Source: Paraspadella gotoi
Lineage: Eukaryota; Animalia; Chaetognatha
DNA length: 64,000 nt
Assembly (NCBI GenBank): GCA_051294375.1
Contig: CM119265.1
Coordinates: 25,800,767-25,864,766 of the forward strand
Direction: 5' to 3'
Part shown: positions 34,515 through 49,574 of the stretch, one piece after another
How the letters are laid out: every line of letters starts with the position of its first letter
Numbering within the stretch: the first letter of the stretch is position 1
Made by a program: the position numbers and the translations under genes
Notes under the pieces: model-generated
Databases searched by the model: none
Seen by the model: only the letters and a program-made list of their open reading frames with translations
What the model was told of the DNA's origin: nothing

Positions 34515-36243
34515 TATTTTTAAGCCTTCTCCCTCGAATCCGCCCAACACTTATATGCGTCCATATATTATTATCCTAAAGATTATCAATTATTAGCGAA
34601 AAAAAGAAACATCGAAATATAAAACGGCTTTATTTTGATTAATATAAATTTCTCGATATTATATATTCTCCTTTCTTCTTCTAATGTTATGCCTAACTTC
34701 TTTGTCTCGACTCTCCTCTTTGTTTTTCCTCTTTTTATATTGTTTTGCCTCTTTGTTTTGCCTCTCTGTTTTGCCTCGCCTCTTTCTCATCGAGATCGGC
34801 TCTCGTTTTTGATCCGCCTTCTGAAAGTCAAAATCTTCTTTCATCTATTTTTTTTCTCTATTTTTTTCTTTCTTTTAATATTTTCTTTCTTCTCCTTTCG
34901 TCAGAGGAAGTTTCCCACATTTTTGGCTTCTTTTTTTCTTCTCTCGTTTCGTGTCATTCCTCGAATAGACTCACCTTTTGTTCGACCTTACCTTTGGGTT
35001 CGTCGCTCGATTAACTTTTCTCATTTGCCTTCATCGTCGTTGTTCTGACTTTCTGCTCTTCGTTGCAGAAAGAAAGAAGAAAGAAAGAAAGAAAGAAAGA
35101 AGCCAGAAAGCCCTTTTCATTCTCTCATCTATTAAATTCTTTTTTCAAATTATTTTTCTCTTCATTCCTCGACTCCAACTCTCTCCTCACTTCTCTCGAT
35201 TATCCCGCCATTTAATCTCACCAATTTTGATGACCATTGATGACCATGTCATTATTAATAATAGTAATACTAATAGTATTATCCTCCATTTCCCACAAAT
35301 AATTTCGTTCTCTATCCTTTTCTTTTCATAGCCACCCTCACCCCTCTTTCTAAAAGCCNNNNNNNNNNTTTCTACTTCTCTTTTCTTTCTCCTCTTCCTA
35401 TCTTCTCTTTCGATCTTCCTTCCTGTCTATATCAGCTTCTTAATCGCCCTTACCTTCCAATCTTCCTTACCAAATCTTTCGTCTCAGATCCGCTTAAATC
35501 TGGAATGAAATGACTCTGAAAATGACGTGGATGGCGAAAGAGGCGTGTCGTTAGCTGACGACACTCTCTCCCTCGATTATTTATATTCATTAATATGAAT
35601 ATAAATTAATGGCAAAATAGGGATTTTTTTTTGAATAAGAAACCTCGTTGGTCCGGCTTTAAATTTTATTCGGAACTAATTTAAAAATTAAACTTTTAAT
35701 TCAGAGGGGAAATGAAATATTTTCTCGCCTTTTGATAATTCAATATTAAAAAAATCATTTTCTAAAAAAATATTTATATTTTAAATGGCACCCGTTGGAA
35801 TGTAATGGGAAAAAATATTAAGTAGTAGGCTTTTAACAGAAATATAGAAAAACTTTTAAATTTAATTTTTTTCTTTGTTTTCTGAAAAAACAACAAAACT
35901 GCGGGGCATATTTTCTACTAGGAATATCTTGATTTTTTTTCTTCTATTATTACTGTAAAAAAAAACAAACAATTGTCAGCATCCGTAATCTTTTTCCGCT
36001 CCACCTACCCATCCGAGTCCTCCCCCCCCCCACGCCCCCCTTAACCGCCCCTTCCTTCTCATCTTCGTCTTTCGCGTGCGAATTTGAGGAAATCAAATCC
36101 GGATGCCGTTTTAAAAAACCGGACGGAAATATTAAAAAACATTAACTCGAGAGTATTAAAAAAAAATTAACATCTCGTTACCCGAAATTTTCCGTCAATT
36201 CGATCGAAGACTTTAATTACTTTTTATATTTTGCCCTTTTTTT

Positions 36244-36460
36244 NNNNNNNNNNNNNNNNNNNNNNNNNNNNNNNNNNNNNNNNNNNNNNNNNNNNNNNNN
36301 NNNNNNNNNNNNNNNNNNNNNNNNNNNNNNNNNNNNNNNNNNNNNNNNNNNNNNNNNNNNNNNNNNNNNNNNNNNNNNNNNNNNNNNNNNNNNNNNNNNN
36401 NNNNNNNNNNNNNNNNNNNNNNNNNNNNNNNNNNNNNNNNNNNNNNNNNNNNNNNNNNNN
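36244..36460. other. Assembly gap (N run); smaller gaps at ~22944, 35359, 42903, 43965, 51666, 53648, 60938
   Basis: Runs of n in the sequence. Confidence 0.99.
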
Positions 36461-37845
36461 CATTCGGGTTTCGTCCTTAATTTTTATTCGAATTTTGAAA
36501 TTTGGAAGATTCAGTTTTTGTGGGTCAAAAAACTTGAGATTTTCTCTCAAGCATATGAGAGAGAGAGAGAAGAGGCGAAGAGAGAGAGAGGAGGAGAGAG
36601 AGAGAGAGAGGGAAGGAGAGAGGAGAGAAGAGAGAGAGAGACGTGAGAAAAGAAGACAGTGATCGTCATTAAATTACAGTCATTAACTTAAACTGGTCGA
36701 GTTGCATTCTTGTCTTCTTTTGTGTCCTATGATCTCTTTCTTTCTTTCTTTCTTTCTTTTTTTTTGCTCTTTTTCGCTTTGTCATTCAAGTTTTTTTTCT
36801 AGAGAAAAAAAAAAGCCCCAACTATGACGACAAAGAGAACATTCCTTTCTCGACCTCGTTGCTTAGCGACAGAACTTTATAATTGACATCTGTTGCGAAT
36901 GGCGATTTCGAGTAAGAAAAAGAATGTTATAAAAGATGTTATAACTATTGCGTAGTTTCAGTTTTCAAAAGCCACTCAAAGTCTCGTCACAAAGCCGACG
37001 ACAAAAAAAAATTAAACATTTCAGGAGTAAAAAACAAATTCTAGATTTTTTTCCCTTTATTCTTCCAAAACTCATTTTCAACTTTTCGATGTAACAAAAA
37101 ACTCTCTATTTCACCCGGTGAAAAAAAAACCTGGCAAGAAATTCAGACTTTGTGAAATCGTGAATCGAGTCGGTTCCAACTCTCACATCTCTTTTTTTTT
37201 TCACCAATTGACTCTTTCCTCTTTATTTTATTGTCTCTCCTCTTTTTCCTCTCTCTTATCTTTTTTCCCTTTCTCTTCCTTCTGTCCTTTTTGGGATTTT
37301 TTCCTTCTCTCCTACCCTTCTCTCTCCTCTGCAATCCTTCCCTCTCTTTCTCTTCCTCCTCTCCTTCCTTCCGTTGTTGTTGTTGTTGTTGTTTTTGTTG
37401 TTGTTGTTGTTGCTGTTGTTGTTGTTGTCTTTCTATCGACTTCCTCACTTTTTCTTCCGTCTCATGTACAAGATTTGGATGACTTATAAAATATAGTACA
37501 TCGTCGTCGTCGTTGTTGTTGTTGTCGCCGTCGTCAACGTCCACATCTGTTCTAATAACGTCGTCGTCGTCGTCATCTTCGTCGTCGTCGTCGTCGTCGT
37601 CGTCGTCTTCTCTCTTTCCGGCTTTCCACTTCCCATCTCATTCCATCAAAACAAACGTAAAAAAAAGAAACAAAACAAAACAATTTTCCCATCGTTTCGA
37701 TTCCCATCGATCGCCTTTCCTCTTTTTTTTTTCTGTTGACATTTTTACATTTTACGTTTTTATTTTTTTTTTTCGTTTATGTTTCCAATTTCCTGAATTG
37801 TTTGGTTTTAACACGACGACTTCCGTTTGGTCTCTGTTGATTTTT

Positions 37846-37886
<41 letters not shown>

Positions 37887-39400
37887 CTTATTTTTTAAAT
37901 GTATTTCCTTTTCTTTTTTAAATCTTTGGCTCCGTTCATTCTTTTGACGCCCGGTGTTTCGCCTCTTCTGCAGAACCACTGACTCTTTTTATTTTCTTTT
38001 TTCTTTTTTCTTTTATATACATATATATTTTTTTTTCTGTTTTAACTCCTAATTTTCTGTTTTTTTTTATTGCTTGTTTTTTCTTCCTTTTTGTTTATCT
38101 ACTTTTGATTTTTCTTTGTTATTCGTTTTCTTTTCTCATGAATGATTTCGGCGTTTTTATTTTCTTTTCTTTTATTTTCTTTTCTTTTTTTTCTTTATGG
38201 CTTTTTTTTGGCCTTTTTTCGCTTTTAGTCGAAATTTTCAGCGACGTAGCATTTCTTTAAAAATGACTTTTTGGTTGACCAGTTATTTTTTTCTTTTAAG
38301 TCAGGTATCGTTTCGCTGAAAATAATTATTGTAGTCTAAATTACATTTTCGATTTTCTCTCGATTTTAACAACGCCATTAAAAAAACTCCTAAACCAATT
38401 CTTGGTTTCTTCTTTTTTCTTTTCCCGTTTACCTTTTGTTTTTCACTTTTTTTGTTTTGAAATGGAAGAGGTCGCACCTGGACGCAAAGTGAAGGAAGCA
38501 CCTCGTTCCAAATTTTTCGTCTTCGTCCAACAAAAAAAAACGCGATTTTTTTTTCTTCTTTGAAACTAAAATTGAACGAAGACAAACGCTGATTTTCTTT
38601 TTTTAGCTTTTTTTTTTCGTTATTGCTTTGAGAATTATATATTGTTTTAAAGCAAAAAAGCATCCGTAGGGGACAATTGGGGTTTATACTCTAAAGTATT
38701 CACTATTATTACTGAATTACTTACATTTAATGTAGCTAATCTTTAATATATTTTGTCATCATTAAACGTGACTTTTTTTTTAAATCAACGATGGCGCATA
38801 GGAAAAGCCGAATACAAGTATTATAAAGTAAGAGATATTTATTAATTCCTCTTAAAAAAAAAACTCTACCTACAATTTACAGAACTAGTACCCAGTGCAT
38901 GACAAAGAATGGTACCGAAGCTTTTGAACTTTTCCGACTTCGATTCAATTCGTCGAGTCTTCGATTTTTAAGGAGATTTTCTGACTTTGAAATCACGAAC
39001 CGACAGACGGATTTACTCAAAACTGATTCGTAGACGGACGAACGGATTCGACGAACGGATTCCATGAAGGACGACGAAGACGATTTTCACTTTTGAAAAT
39101 TTATTTGACAAAAACTTCGACTCGGTAATTTGATTTAAAGACTACAAGTCATCACTGAACTGATTCAACACTTTGACATTTTTAATGCGAATGATGTGAA
39201 ATGGGTCTAACCGCTTATCTTCGAACGACTGGTCGATTCTCAATTATATCTGGTTAAATCAACGATCATCAATTTTCGATGGAAGAAATCTATTTTTAGA
39301 CATCGATTTTACTTTGAATTTCACTGTCGCATTCGACGATCGTAAAAGAAAAGAAGGAATTCTTTAGGAATCTGGCCGAATTCTTTCCACTATGTCCTTG

Positions 39401-39824
39401 ATGAATGAATGAATGAATGAATGAATGAATGAATGAATGAATGAATGAATGAATGAATGAATGAATGAATGAAAGAAAAAAGAAAGAAAGAAAAAAAAGA
39501 TACCAAAAAAAAAGAGGCGAAAATTGTCCTCGTCGATCGAGTTCGCTATTTCATTTATTTTGTTTGTTTTTCTCCCGAGATTTGTTTGTTTACTCTTCAC
39601 ATTCCGGAGACCCCGAGCGTCGAGGCCTTGAAAAACCCTCATGTTATACACGAGGATTTTCGGGGGGTTGAAGGGGGGAGAGAGGGGGCGGGAAATTCGA
39701 AGGCCACGAATTAGGATTCGTATCTAAATTGTGTTTACTTTTATCGTCTAGTTTTTCTGTTTTATTTCCTTATTTTTTTTAAATTTGTGTTTCTTTTTAT
39801 TATATTTTACTATTTCTTTTTCTC

Positions 39825-39912
<88 letters not shown>

Positions 39913-39913
39913 T
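39401..39913. repeat. (GAAT)n (39401-39470) and (TTTC)n (~39826-39913) tetranucleotide microsatellites
   Basis: Perfect tracts visible in the sequence. Confidence 0.9.
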
Positions 39914-40034
39914 CACTCTTTCTGTATTTTCAGCCGTTCTCCATCTCTCTCTCAGTCGCACTCTCTTTCTGTAGAGAGACTAAAAACCATTTTACACGAA
40001 AATCGAACGAAAAGATTCTTTTTGACATTTGGTC

Positions 40035-40142
<108 letters not shown>

Positions 40143-41412
40143 ATCCTTATATCTCTCATCGATTTTACTTTTACAAACGCTTCAAATATTATGCTCGTCT
40201 TTTTTCGTTCCCTCAATACCTAATCAATTAATTTATTGATCGATTAACCTTCACACGCATATATATACATCGCTACGACGTGAGAATCAACTCGGTTTTA
40301 AATACTTAATTGTAATCAAAGTTACAATGAATTTTCCAGTCGATAAAAGTCACAACAAATCTAGCGTTAAACGAATCACTCACCAAAATAAAATCTCCCG
40401 CATGAAAAACCAGACTCGACGAAAAAAATAGTCACGAGTTTAAAAAGCGTAAACTTTTCGCCGAATGTTTAAAAATGTTTTAAATCCCGAAACTAAATAA
40501 AAGTTTCCCGACTGAAAAAAAGGGGTTTATTTCGTATTTTTCAAAAAGAAACCTTAGATTCATCGACATCAATTCCAACTGAAAGCAACTGAATTTTATT
40601 GGCTTTGGCTTCATCTATGGTGGCCGTCGTCGTCGTCGTCGCTCTGATCTTTAACTATGGATCTGCACTGGAGTCAACTATCCTAGTTATCGGCAGGCAT
40701 GCCAGGCATTGTATTGTCTCCGTAGTCAGGCCTCGTCGTCAGAGGCCTGACGTGGTCGGTAAAGTCTTTGTCATTCTCTTTGTCTCTCTTTGTCTTTGAG
40801 TCTTGGAGTCGTCGTCGTTGTCGTCGTCTCTCCCCTTCGTCATCATTAATCGACTTTCTTCACGAAATGCCGATAATTTAAAAGTTGGCGCGGAAAACGT
40901 CAGCGTCGCGAACGTCAGCGTCGTGCGGACGAAAGATGGTCGGCGTCATTCATTCGTCATTGGACTAAAAGCAGAAGTCAACGCCATTCGCCTCCTTTTG
41001 CTTTATTTGCTTCGTTTTGCTTCATTTGCATCGTCCGTCGTTAGGCTAAAAAACAAAAGGCGCGATGATGCGCGCGACATTGGATGTCGCGAAAAAGAAG
41101 GAAACAGTCGATGGTCGTTTTAACAATGCGCATGTTGCAAAGTGTGGCTTATGCCATGTCCTTGATGAATTTTGTCATACCATACCATGCTCCGACCTGG
41201 TGCGACGAATTTCAGCTTTTCTAAGATGCAGAGTCAAACTCAATGTTGTTTGAATTCGTTGTGATCCAAATGTATTCAGGGTTATTTGGTTAAGAGCAAA
41301 ATACCAAACGATCGTCATCTCACTCTATCGTCGCAAGAACCCAAACCCGTTTTCACTTTGCGCAAAAGAAATTCGTTGCCAAAGTCATTAATCAAGAAGC
41401 TCGACGTTCGCC

Positions 41413-41484
41413 TCACGTGAAAGCCAAGACGGTTTCACATTCACGTCTCGTGAAGTCACGTGACCTTTTCTCTTATCACGTGAC
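41413..41484. promoter_or_regulatory. Cluster of three TCACGTGA E-boxes
   Basis: tcacgtga 41413-41420, gtcacgtgac 41455-41464, atcacgtgac 41475-41484. Confidence 0.4.
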
Positions 41485-41593
41485 CGGACGTTAACGTCAG
41501 GTTTTCCCGCGTTAATCAACCGCGAGGCGAGAGAAAATTAGAATTTGGAGTCATTTGAAGGGAATAAATGCGAAGGCGACAGTTGACAGATCG

Positions 41594-41639
<46 letters not shown>

Positions 41640-43932
41640 CCATCACGCTTTGTCCCTCCCTTCAACGTGATCCTATTCTCCTTCGCGACAAGACGATAAA
41701 AAAAACAATGAATTCCAGTCCGTGATTTTTTTTTCGGTGATTCGGTGAGATTTCCGTGTGAGATTGTGAGTGTGAAATTCTTTTGTGTGTGAAAGTTTTT
41801 GGTGTGGGACTCGCGCGAATCTTGTGTCAGCTTTCACTTGCGAAATTTTTGTCAATAGATGATTTTCCTGAAATTTTTTTTTTATTTCTGTCTTTTTCTG
41901 TCTCGATGTCTGTCAAACAGAACCTGACTGAGTTTTTCACTCGGATTCACTCCGCCTGTCAACCTCGATCGTGATAAGCGATCGAGGCTGTGACGAGAGA
42001 AGCCGTGAATCCCTCATCATCTGTGATCCGTGAGTCGCCGGTCGCCCGCAGGTTTCACAGTTTTTGGATCACAACCCTATTTGACGACGAAAATCTGGAG
42101 GACGACGACGACGACGACGACGACGACGAAATTCTGGAATGCCGGGTGGACGACGACGACGACGACGAGAACGACGACGAAGAGAATGATGACCAAAAAA
42201 TAGAAAGGAACGACAAAGGACAGTGAAAAAATGTGACATTCACGAATTTTGAAAAGAAATCCAACGAAAAAGATGACAAAACGACTTTCATGAAGGTAAA
42301 AATGACAAAAGATTTATGTTGTTGACAACAGTGACGCAAAAGGCCGGTGACAGAAAAAAATAGAGGGCAGGTGGGAAAAAAGTATCCTAAAAAAAGATCG
42401 TTTACCCAAGACAAGGACGGAAAAAGAAGGCAACGACGACGACGATAATAACGACGACGACGACAAGAAAACCTGATTTTTCGCGGTTGAATCGTTTAAG
42501 TTTTTCGCGGCATCGTCTCGCTATTAACGACGCCTCGCCTCGTTAACTTCGATAACGTCAACTGCCCCGAAAATGACTTCGTCTACAGATAACATCAGTG
42601 AAGCTTTGGGATGAAACTTGAAAACTTTGCTCGTTTACTAACGCTGGACTATACTCTTTGATATATTTTCTGCGTTTTTACCTTTTCAGTTTCAGCGTTT
42701 GTACCATCGTTAACGAGCGACTTGTTTTAAGTTTTAAAGTTAACAAAATAAAAGTTTTTAAAGAGCATGACTAAAAAAACAAAAATAAGAAAACACTCGT
42801 TCTAATCTTGGCGTCAAAGTTTCTCGATGTAAACAGCGAGGTTTTTTTTGGACTTTTGACTTTTAGTTTTATATTCGTCGTATTTTTTTTCTTTTTTCTT
42901 TTNNNNNNNNNNCTTTTTTCTTTTTTCTTTCTTTTTTCTTTTAAGTTTTGGCTCGATTTTTTTTCTTCTTTCTTTTCTTCTTTATGTTTAAATCTTTTCC
43001 TTTCAATTTACTTTGAATTCTAATTTTAAGTGGGTTTTTCATACGTATAGCGTCTTGTCTTTTTTTGATTTGCGGCCAAAACTCCGACTTTCCAAATTTG
43101 AGACACGCCCTGGAAAAACTCGAACTTTCTCGAGTTATAGAAAATGAGATTCCAAATGACAGAGATACAAACGCTTAGCCTTGTGATAAGCCTTAGGACT
43201 ACTAACTTAGTTCAGAAAAAAAAATTAAGATTTTTTTTTCCGAATTCAAAAATCACAAACGGGAAAGAATAACATTTAATTCCTCTCAAAAGCGAAATCA
43301 ATAAAATGGACCAGAATTAAATCCGTAATTGTCGGATAATTATGGAAGTAAAACCATCGCATGGATCGTTAAACCGTTTAATGGAAAACTCTTTTAATTA
43401 TATTCTCACTTTTACACCTTTTTAAAATTCGGCTTCGAAAAATTAAGTTTTTATCAGTTAATGATATACAAATTTTCAACCTATAAAACTTTTTTATCAG
43501 CAGACAGACCGATCGATCTTTGATGAGTCGCCACATCTAAAAAAAAAAAAATTTGACTTTTTAAATCCCCGAAACAAAAGAACAAAAGACTTCAAAGAAA
43601 AAGGAAATAAAATCTCTCTCAACTTGTGCAAATGTCATGGAGATGTATCAAGACTACAGGGGAATCTCGGGTTTGGAAATGAGAAAAAGAGGGGGGGAGT
43701 AAGGGGGAGTAAGGGGAGGAGGAGGAAGAGAGAGATGGAGAGAAGAGGAGAAATAAGGGGGGAAGAGAAATTACGCTAACTCGTGCCAAAAATCGTAGAC
43801 GAAAAAAAAAAATGAAAAAGAAAAAAAAAGGATAAAACCGACGAAAAGGTCGATATTATTTCGGCGAATTAAGACTTTGAAAAGAAAAAAAACTTCTTTT
43901 TTCACAAATCTTTGAGGGAAGCATGAGAAAAT

Positions 43933-43964
<32 letters not shown>

Positions 43965-43989
43965 NNNNNNNNNNNNNNNNNNNNNNNNN

Positions 43990-46900
43990 AGAGAGAGATT
44001 TAAGCAAAAACCGACGCCTGAGAGCGTATACCTCAGATATGAGAGCGGCGGTCTTCTGTGGCCTATCGAAGATTATCCGCTCATCAACCTCGATCAGTCG
44101 CCGACGGCCTCCCCCACTACCTCCTTTGTGTTAAACGCCCTTATGCGAAACAAAGAACTCATCTTTCTGTGATGAGTAAGAATAAGGCCCTCGCTCTCCG
44201 TCCTCTATTTCTATTCTCTCGTCAAGAGAGGACCCTGAATTATTATATCCCTAATCAGAACATACAATTCTACTTTGTAGTCTTAACCCTCAACAATAAC
44301 GAATCATAAATAAACCTTAATCCCATATCAAATTAAAAATCTCACCCCTTTCTGTTTAAGAAACTTTTAGATAATTTTGAAAAGTTCAATAAATGTTGTA
44401 TAGGATAATTCACTCTATTCCAGAAGACAACACTAACATCCCTCTTCTCCATGTACATTTCAAATGAATTATACTTTTGTATAAAGATATAATTAAAAAC
44501 TAATATATAAAGAATTTTTTTAAAATTTTTCGCATTTTTATTAAATTCCGTTGTATATAAAATTTTAAAGTAGTAAAACAAAGTAAACTGAAATTTTTTC
44601 GTAAGAGGTAGAGAAAAAACTATATTCTATAAATCTCTGGGCGGCGTCGCGGTTAATTTTTATAATGACAGTTACTGGTAAGGTAAGGTTAAAATGAAGT
44701 CGGATAAGGTAAACTCACTCCACCGCTCAGGTTCCTTCAGCGGCTGCATCGCATCTCACTTTCCAAGCAGATCCCAAGTAACCCGTCATACTGAAAATGA
44801 TCCTTCGACGTGTCGGTTAATGTTTTACGATGGGCGTGGGGATTCTTGCGGTTCGCTTTTATGAGAGGGCGGCGGCCCAGAGCGAGAAAAAGAGGAAAAT
44901 GGCGACGCGTAGATCGTAGATTCGCACGGAGAGGCACACACGTTCGAAGGATTAGTATTAAAAGATTTAGGTTCGACTGGAAGCAAGGGTTGGTTTTTTC
45001 GTCGTCAGTAAGCCAGGCGTAGTTTTATAACAATTCGATTTATTCTCCGACGTCGCTGAGCACGCGACGGTCAGTCTGTCACGAGGCGTGGCGACAAACA
45101 TGCGAAAACGCGATGCGATAAAAAAAACCCCGAGTAAGAAGGGACAAAGATAGCGAGTATGAACACTCGCCGGGAAAAAAAAAGTGGTTGCCCGGATCGA
45201 AAGTCAATTTTTCGCGCGTAATTGATTTATTCCTTTTCCACAGGAAATTTTTTTTTCTCTCAGTGACCTCCGAATCGGAGGAAAAAAAACCAACCTCAAA
45301 AAGGCGGATCTGAAAAAAAGAGAGAGAGAGAAAGAGATATTTTAGTGAAATTTGATAAAAAACGTTAGTACGGCATTTCCTAGAAATGCGCAAAGTTTTC
45401 TAAGAAATTCGTTGCAACTTAAGTTGCGTGCCGATTTCGAAAGATTTAAACGTCAATGTGGAAAATAGTTTGGCTAATGGTTACTAGTCTAACAGTCATT
45501 ACATGCGATTTTATTCCAATTAAAAAAGGCTTTTAGATCGAATGTTTAATTAATGTTTCATTAATCGACCGCGCAAATTTCGTCTATTTTTGGGTTATTA
45601 ATCGTCAATATTTCGTTGGGACAGCGTCGGCGGTCCGCATACCCTTCGGCGGCTTCGCGCCCCCGAATTTTTCCCCAACACGCCATTGGTTTTTTTTCTT
45701 CTAAGTTTTATTTTTTTTTATTTTTTCGCGAGACAGAGAGAGTTGGAGAAATTGGATCTTTTCGAAATCCGCGCCTTTTATATTTCAAAGTTTCGGAATC
45801 CGAAATCGAGCTTTCGAGAAAAAAAAAAAGATGATTCAAAAGAGAGTGATGCGAGAGAGAGAGAGAGAGAGAGACGGAGAGTGAAGAAAGAGAGAGAATG
45901 TCGCGTATAAAATAATCCCTTCGTCGATCGAATGAAGGTCAAACTTGAGGCAAACACGGACGTCGGGTCGTCGTTCGTCGTCGTCGTCGTCGTCGTCGGT
46001 CGTCATGGTCGTTAACGGCTGGAAGAATTCTCGATCGCGAAAAAAAAATGAGGGCGAATCGAAAAAGACTTGAAAAAGTTTTCCCTTGACGGCGAAAGAT
46101 CAGGGGGGGGAAAACATTGAGATGATGGTGAAAATGACTAAGATAAAAATGGTGAGGTCAGGATTGAAAAAGAACGGGAAAGTTATGTTTACAGCATAAC
46201 AAGCGTAAAAAGAAATGTGCAAAAAGAAGAAGAGAGAGTAAGTCATAAATGAGATTGAAGACAATTTTTTACTGCCCAAAATTTGTTTTTGCCTCTGATG
46301 AAACAGACCGAAATTGATTCTGGGGAAGGCAAAGCTAATTAAATGAGCGAAAGACAAAAAACAAGAGGAATTCATATGCAAAATTTCCAAAGCTGATTAA
46401 GGGCCTGTTAGTCATAGGCCCTTATTTTTTAGAGCATAGGTTAGTAAGTTCAGTCAGTTCCGTGGGCAATATTGCTTCTCGTTTTTCTTTTAAATATTAT
46501 TATAAATTCTCTCTCAAAATACTTCGTCGCTTGTTGTTGTTTTCATGACATCGGGGGAAAATATTAACCGATATCACCCAAAATTAAAAAAAAAAAAAAT
46601 CCTAATAAAATAAAAAAAAGGTTCGGACGTTGCCGGACAAGCCCGCGGCCGGATCGGGCCAAAAATCAGTGAGGATTATTCACTGGCGAGTTGAGTTGAA
46701 CTCGACTCGGCTCCATAGGGGGGCGGAATTGCCCACTAATAAAATGGAGGCGTTGAAGTCCACAGTAAATTAATCGATATTGTTGTTTATGCTTTACGCA
46801 GCTAAAAGAATAGTCGAAATCCATTCTTGCGAATGACGTAGAAAATTTGAAGAAAAGGAACAAAGAAGTAGATAGTTTTCACTGGCTACTCGTTTTAAGT

Positions 46901-49529
46901 TTTAATATCATTGAGGGTTACTGCTGTGTTATATTATTGAGGCGACTTTTAGAGAGAGAGACCGGTGGTAAGTCGCCTCTTATCTTGTAAGAGAGAGGAA
47001 AGCCTTAACCCACCAATGCCCTGAAAACCCAGGTGATAGATAGTCTATTTATTAAATGGATGGAAATAATTTTTTTTATATCAGTTGTCATAACATTTAA
47101 ATTTTCTTATAATATTAACTTTTCATTCCCCGATAATCTCGAAATTTTAATTCATACAAATTTTTTTTCCTTATTTGGATCGAAACATTTTTTTTATTCT
47201 CGGCTCTCCCGTCGAACAGAAACGCCGAAGAGGATCGATCTCCCCAGACAACAAATCGATCATTGATGTCTCCCGTTTGGCGAAGTTAAAAAGAAAATTA
47301 ATCGTCTCGCCGAGCGTTAACCGCTTTTTGTATCAAAAGTCGCAAAAAATCATTTTTCGTATCTGACCGCTCGACCTCCGTCACGCCGCGCCGCCCTTGC
47401 CTCTCGCCCCCCCCCCTGACGATCCTGATCGTTTTCGCACGTGACTCCGGTTTGCAATAAGCGGCCGACCTACTTCGTGATGTCCCCATGAAGATCGAAG
47501 GCTTCCGATATAATAATTTTTTTTTTCGTGGTGAATAATTGGTTTATCTCTTCTCTTTATTCCCAAAGGAATCTTCCCCTTCCCGCTCGCCCTCAAAAAG
47601 TTCTTCTCTTTGTGATGTAAAACCTCTTTTCGCTCTGTTTATAAAGTTTCTTTTCTTCGCCATCTCTCTCTTTCTCTGAGCTATAAAATATCCTGGTTCG
47701 AGTTCCTTTCCCACTCCTCCGCTACCTTTATTTCTTTATTATGCTCATTGTAATTCAATCGAAGACTTGATTCCTTCCTCGGTCTATCGACTTTTCCGTC
47801 ATGCTTCCCCCCCTTCACATTTTTCCCTTACAATTACGTCGATGTGTTTTCTCTCGTTGTGTTTGTTGTTGTTGTTATCCCCTTCATTTCAGACTATATG
47901 TAATTACGTCGTCTTTATCGCCGTCCAATTTTACCATCCCACCTTTTCCATTATGAAATTTCAAAATTACTTGGTTTAACTATCGATAGCTTTTTTTTTT
48001 TTATTTACATTAACATTTAATGATTTATTTTTTTTGTGTTTTTTTTGTTGTTTAATTTTATCTAATTATTATTTATCGTATGTATGATTATTTGTTTTAT
48101 ATTTCTAGTTTTATATCGCTAATTTTTGATGAGGCATGATTCTGGTAGTTTGTATATTAGAGAATCTAGTATTTGATTTAAAGAATTCTTTGAAGTTTCA
48201 TGGAAGATAAACTTTAAACTTTCAACTCAGTCTCTGTCATACGCGATAAAATGCGAATCTATAATACTTAATCTTTAAAAATAATATTTTGTTTTGTCAT
48301 TTTAATTTCTCCAAGAGTACGCTTTAACCTTTAATATTTTTTATATGTTTTTCCTTGTTCTCTCTTTGTTCATTATCTATCTACATCAAATTTTTTCTAG
48401 TTAATACTTCATCTTCATTCGTTTTGGTCTTTTCAGTGTCACGCTAACATTTTCTACTTGCCTCCTTCATATTTCTTGCATATATCCCCAATTATAATCA
48501 TCTTGTTCTCATACAACTTTTTAATATTCATCTTTACTTTATTTATTTCTTTTTCTTTTCATCTTTTTTTTCCGTAATGATCTTTTAAGTCCGTCCCGCT
48601 GCCGTCCGTTCGATCTTTCTTCTCTTCATTCATCGGTCATATATTTCATCGCCTAATAATATCCCAACTTATTTTTTTCCATTCTGCTTCTTACCTTGCG
48701 TTTTTTTTTACCTGATTCCGATCCTCGTTTATCCTTTTATTTTTCTCTCTGTCTTCTCTCTCATCCTCTCTTCTCATCTCTCTCTCTGCTCTCTCGTCTC
48801 TCTCTCTCTCTCTCTCTCTCTTCTCTTTCTATCTCTCTCTCTCCAAAGCCACAATGTAACGTCTTCTTCTAAAGTCGTTTCGCGCTGACTTCGTCAAGAA
48901 AAATCTCTCCTCCGATCAGGCTCCAATCTCCTCGACGACTCATTTTCCCCCAATCGGCCTCAATTTCTCGAAGAAAAACTCTTGGTGCTCTCGAAACTAC
49001 CACCTCTCTTTTTCACCCCTATTCACACCCCTAAATATCCACTCGCCACTCTTGAAACTAGGATTTAATTTATTTTTTCTCTGAAAGGCAAAACTGGATT
49101 CGATATAAACAAGGAGTATGGCTTCCCTAGTTAAAGGACGTAACGCGTAGTGAGCTTAACAGTAAGTAGGGTCGGTCACGTCTTCTCTCTCGTCTCTCTC
49201 TCTCGATCATCTCTCTCTCGTCCTCTCTTCTCTCTCTTCTCTTCTCTGCTCTTTCTCTTCTCTCGTCCCCCGGGAGAAATTAGAGATAAACGGGACAAAG
49301 TTGCGTCGCGCGCGAGTTAAGCCGCCGCATCGTCCCACCTAGGGTCGTGTTTTAGCGTTCTGCGCCATTGCTTTTACGCCACGACTTTCACGCCACGTTT
49401 GTATGCCACACTCACTGTGGCATTTCGGGTAAGAAGGTTCGCCCAAGGCCGGAGTTTTCGGTCTCGTTGGATGAAGTGGGATTATTAAGCCTTAGTCTTC
49501 TGAAGAGCTATTTGCAGAGGAGGAGAGAG

Positions 49530-49574
<45 letters not shown>

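Noticed and set aside
40724-40751. Perfect 10-bp hairpin gtcaggcctc/gaggcctgac as a Helitron end or terminator
   Set aside because: No downstream CTRR end or U-tract and no second copy in the window, so no function can be assigned.
43633-43655. miR-281-like start (tgtcatggag), and miR-1-like tggaatgtaa at ~35797
   Set aside because: Only ~10 nt match and there is no convincing precursor hairpin.
46290-46335. CTGATGA...GAAA hammerhead-like motif (mirror at ~57995-58040)
   Set aside because: The segment between the cores (aacagacc) cannot form stem II, and stem I/III geometry does not fit.
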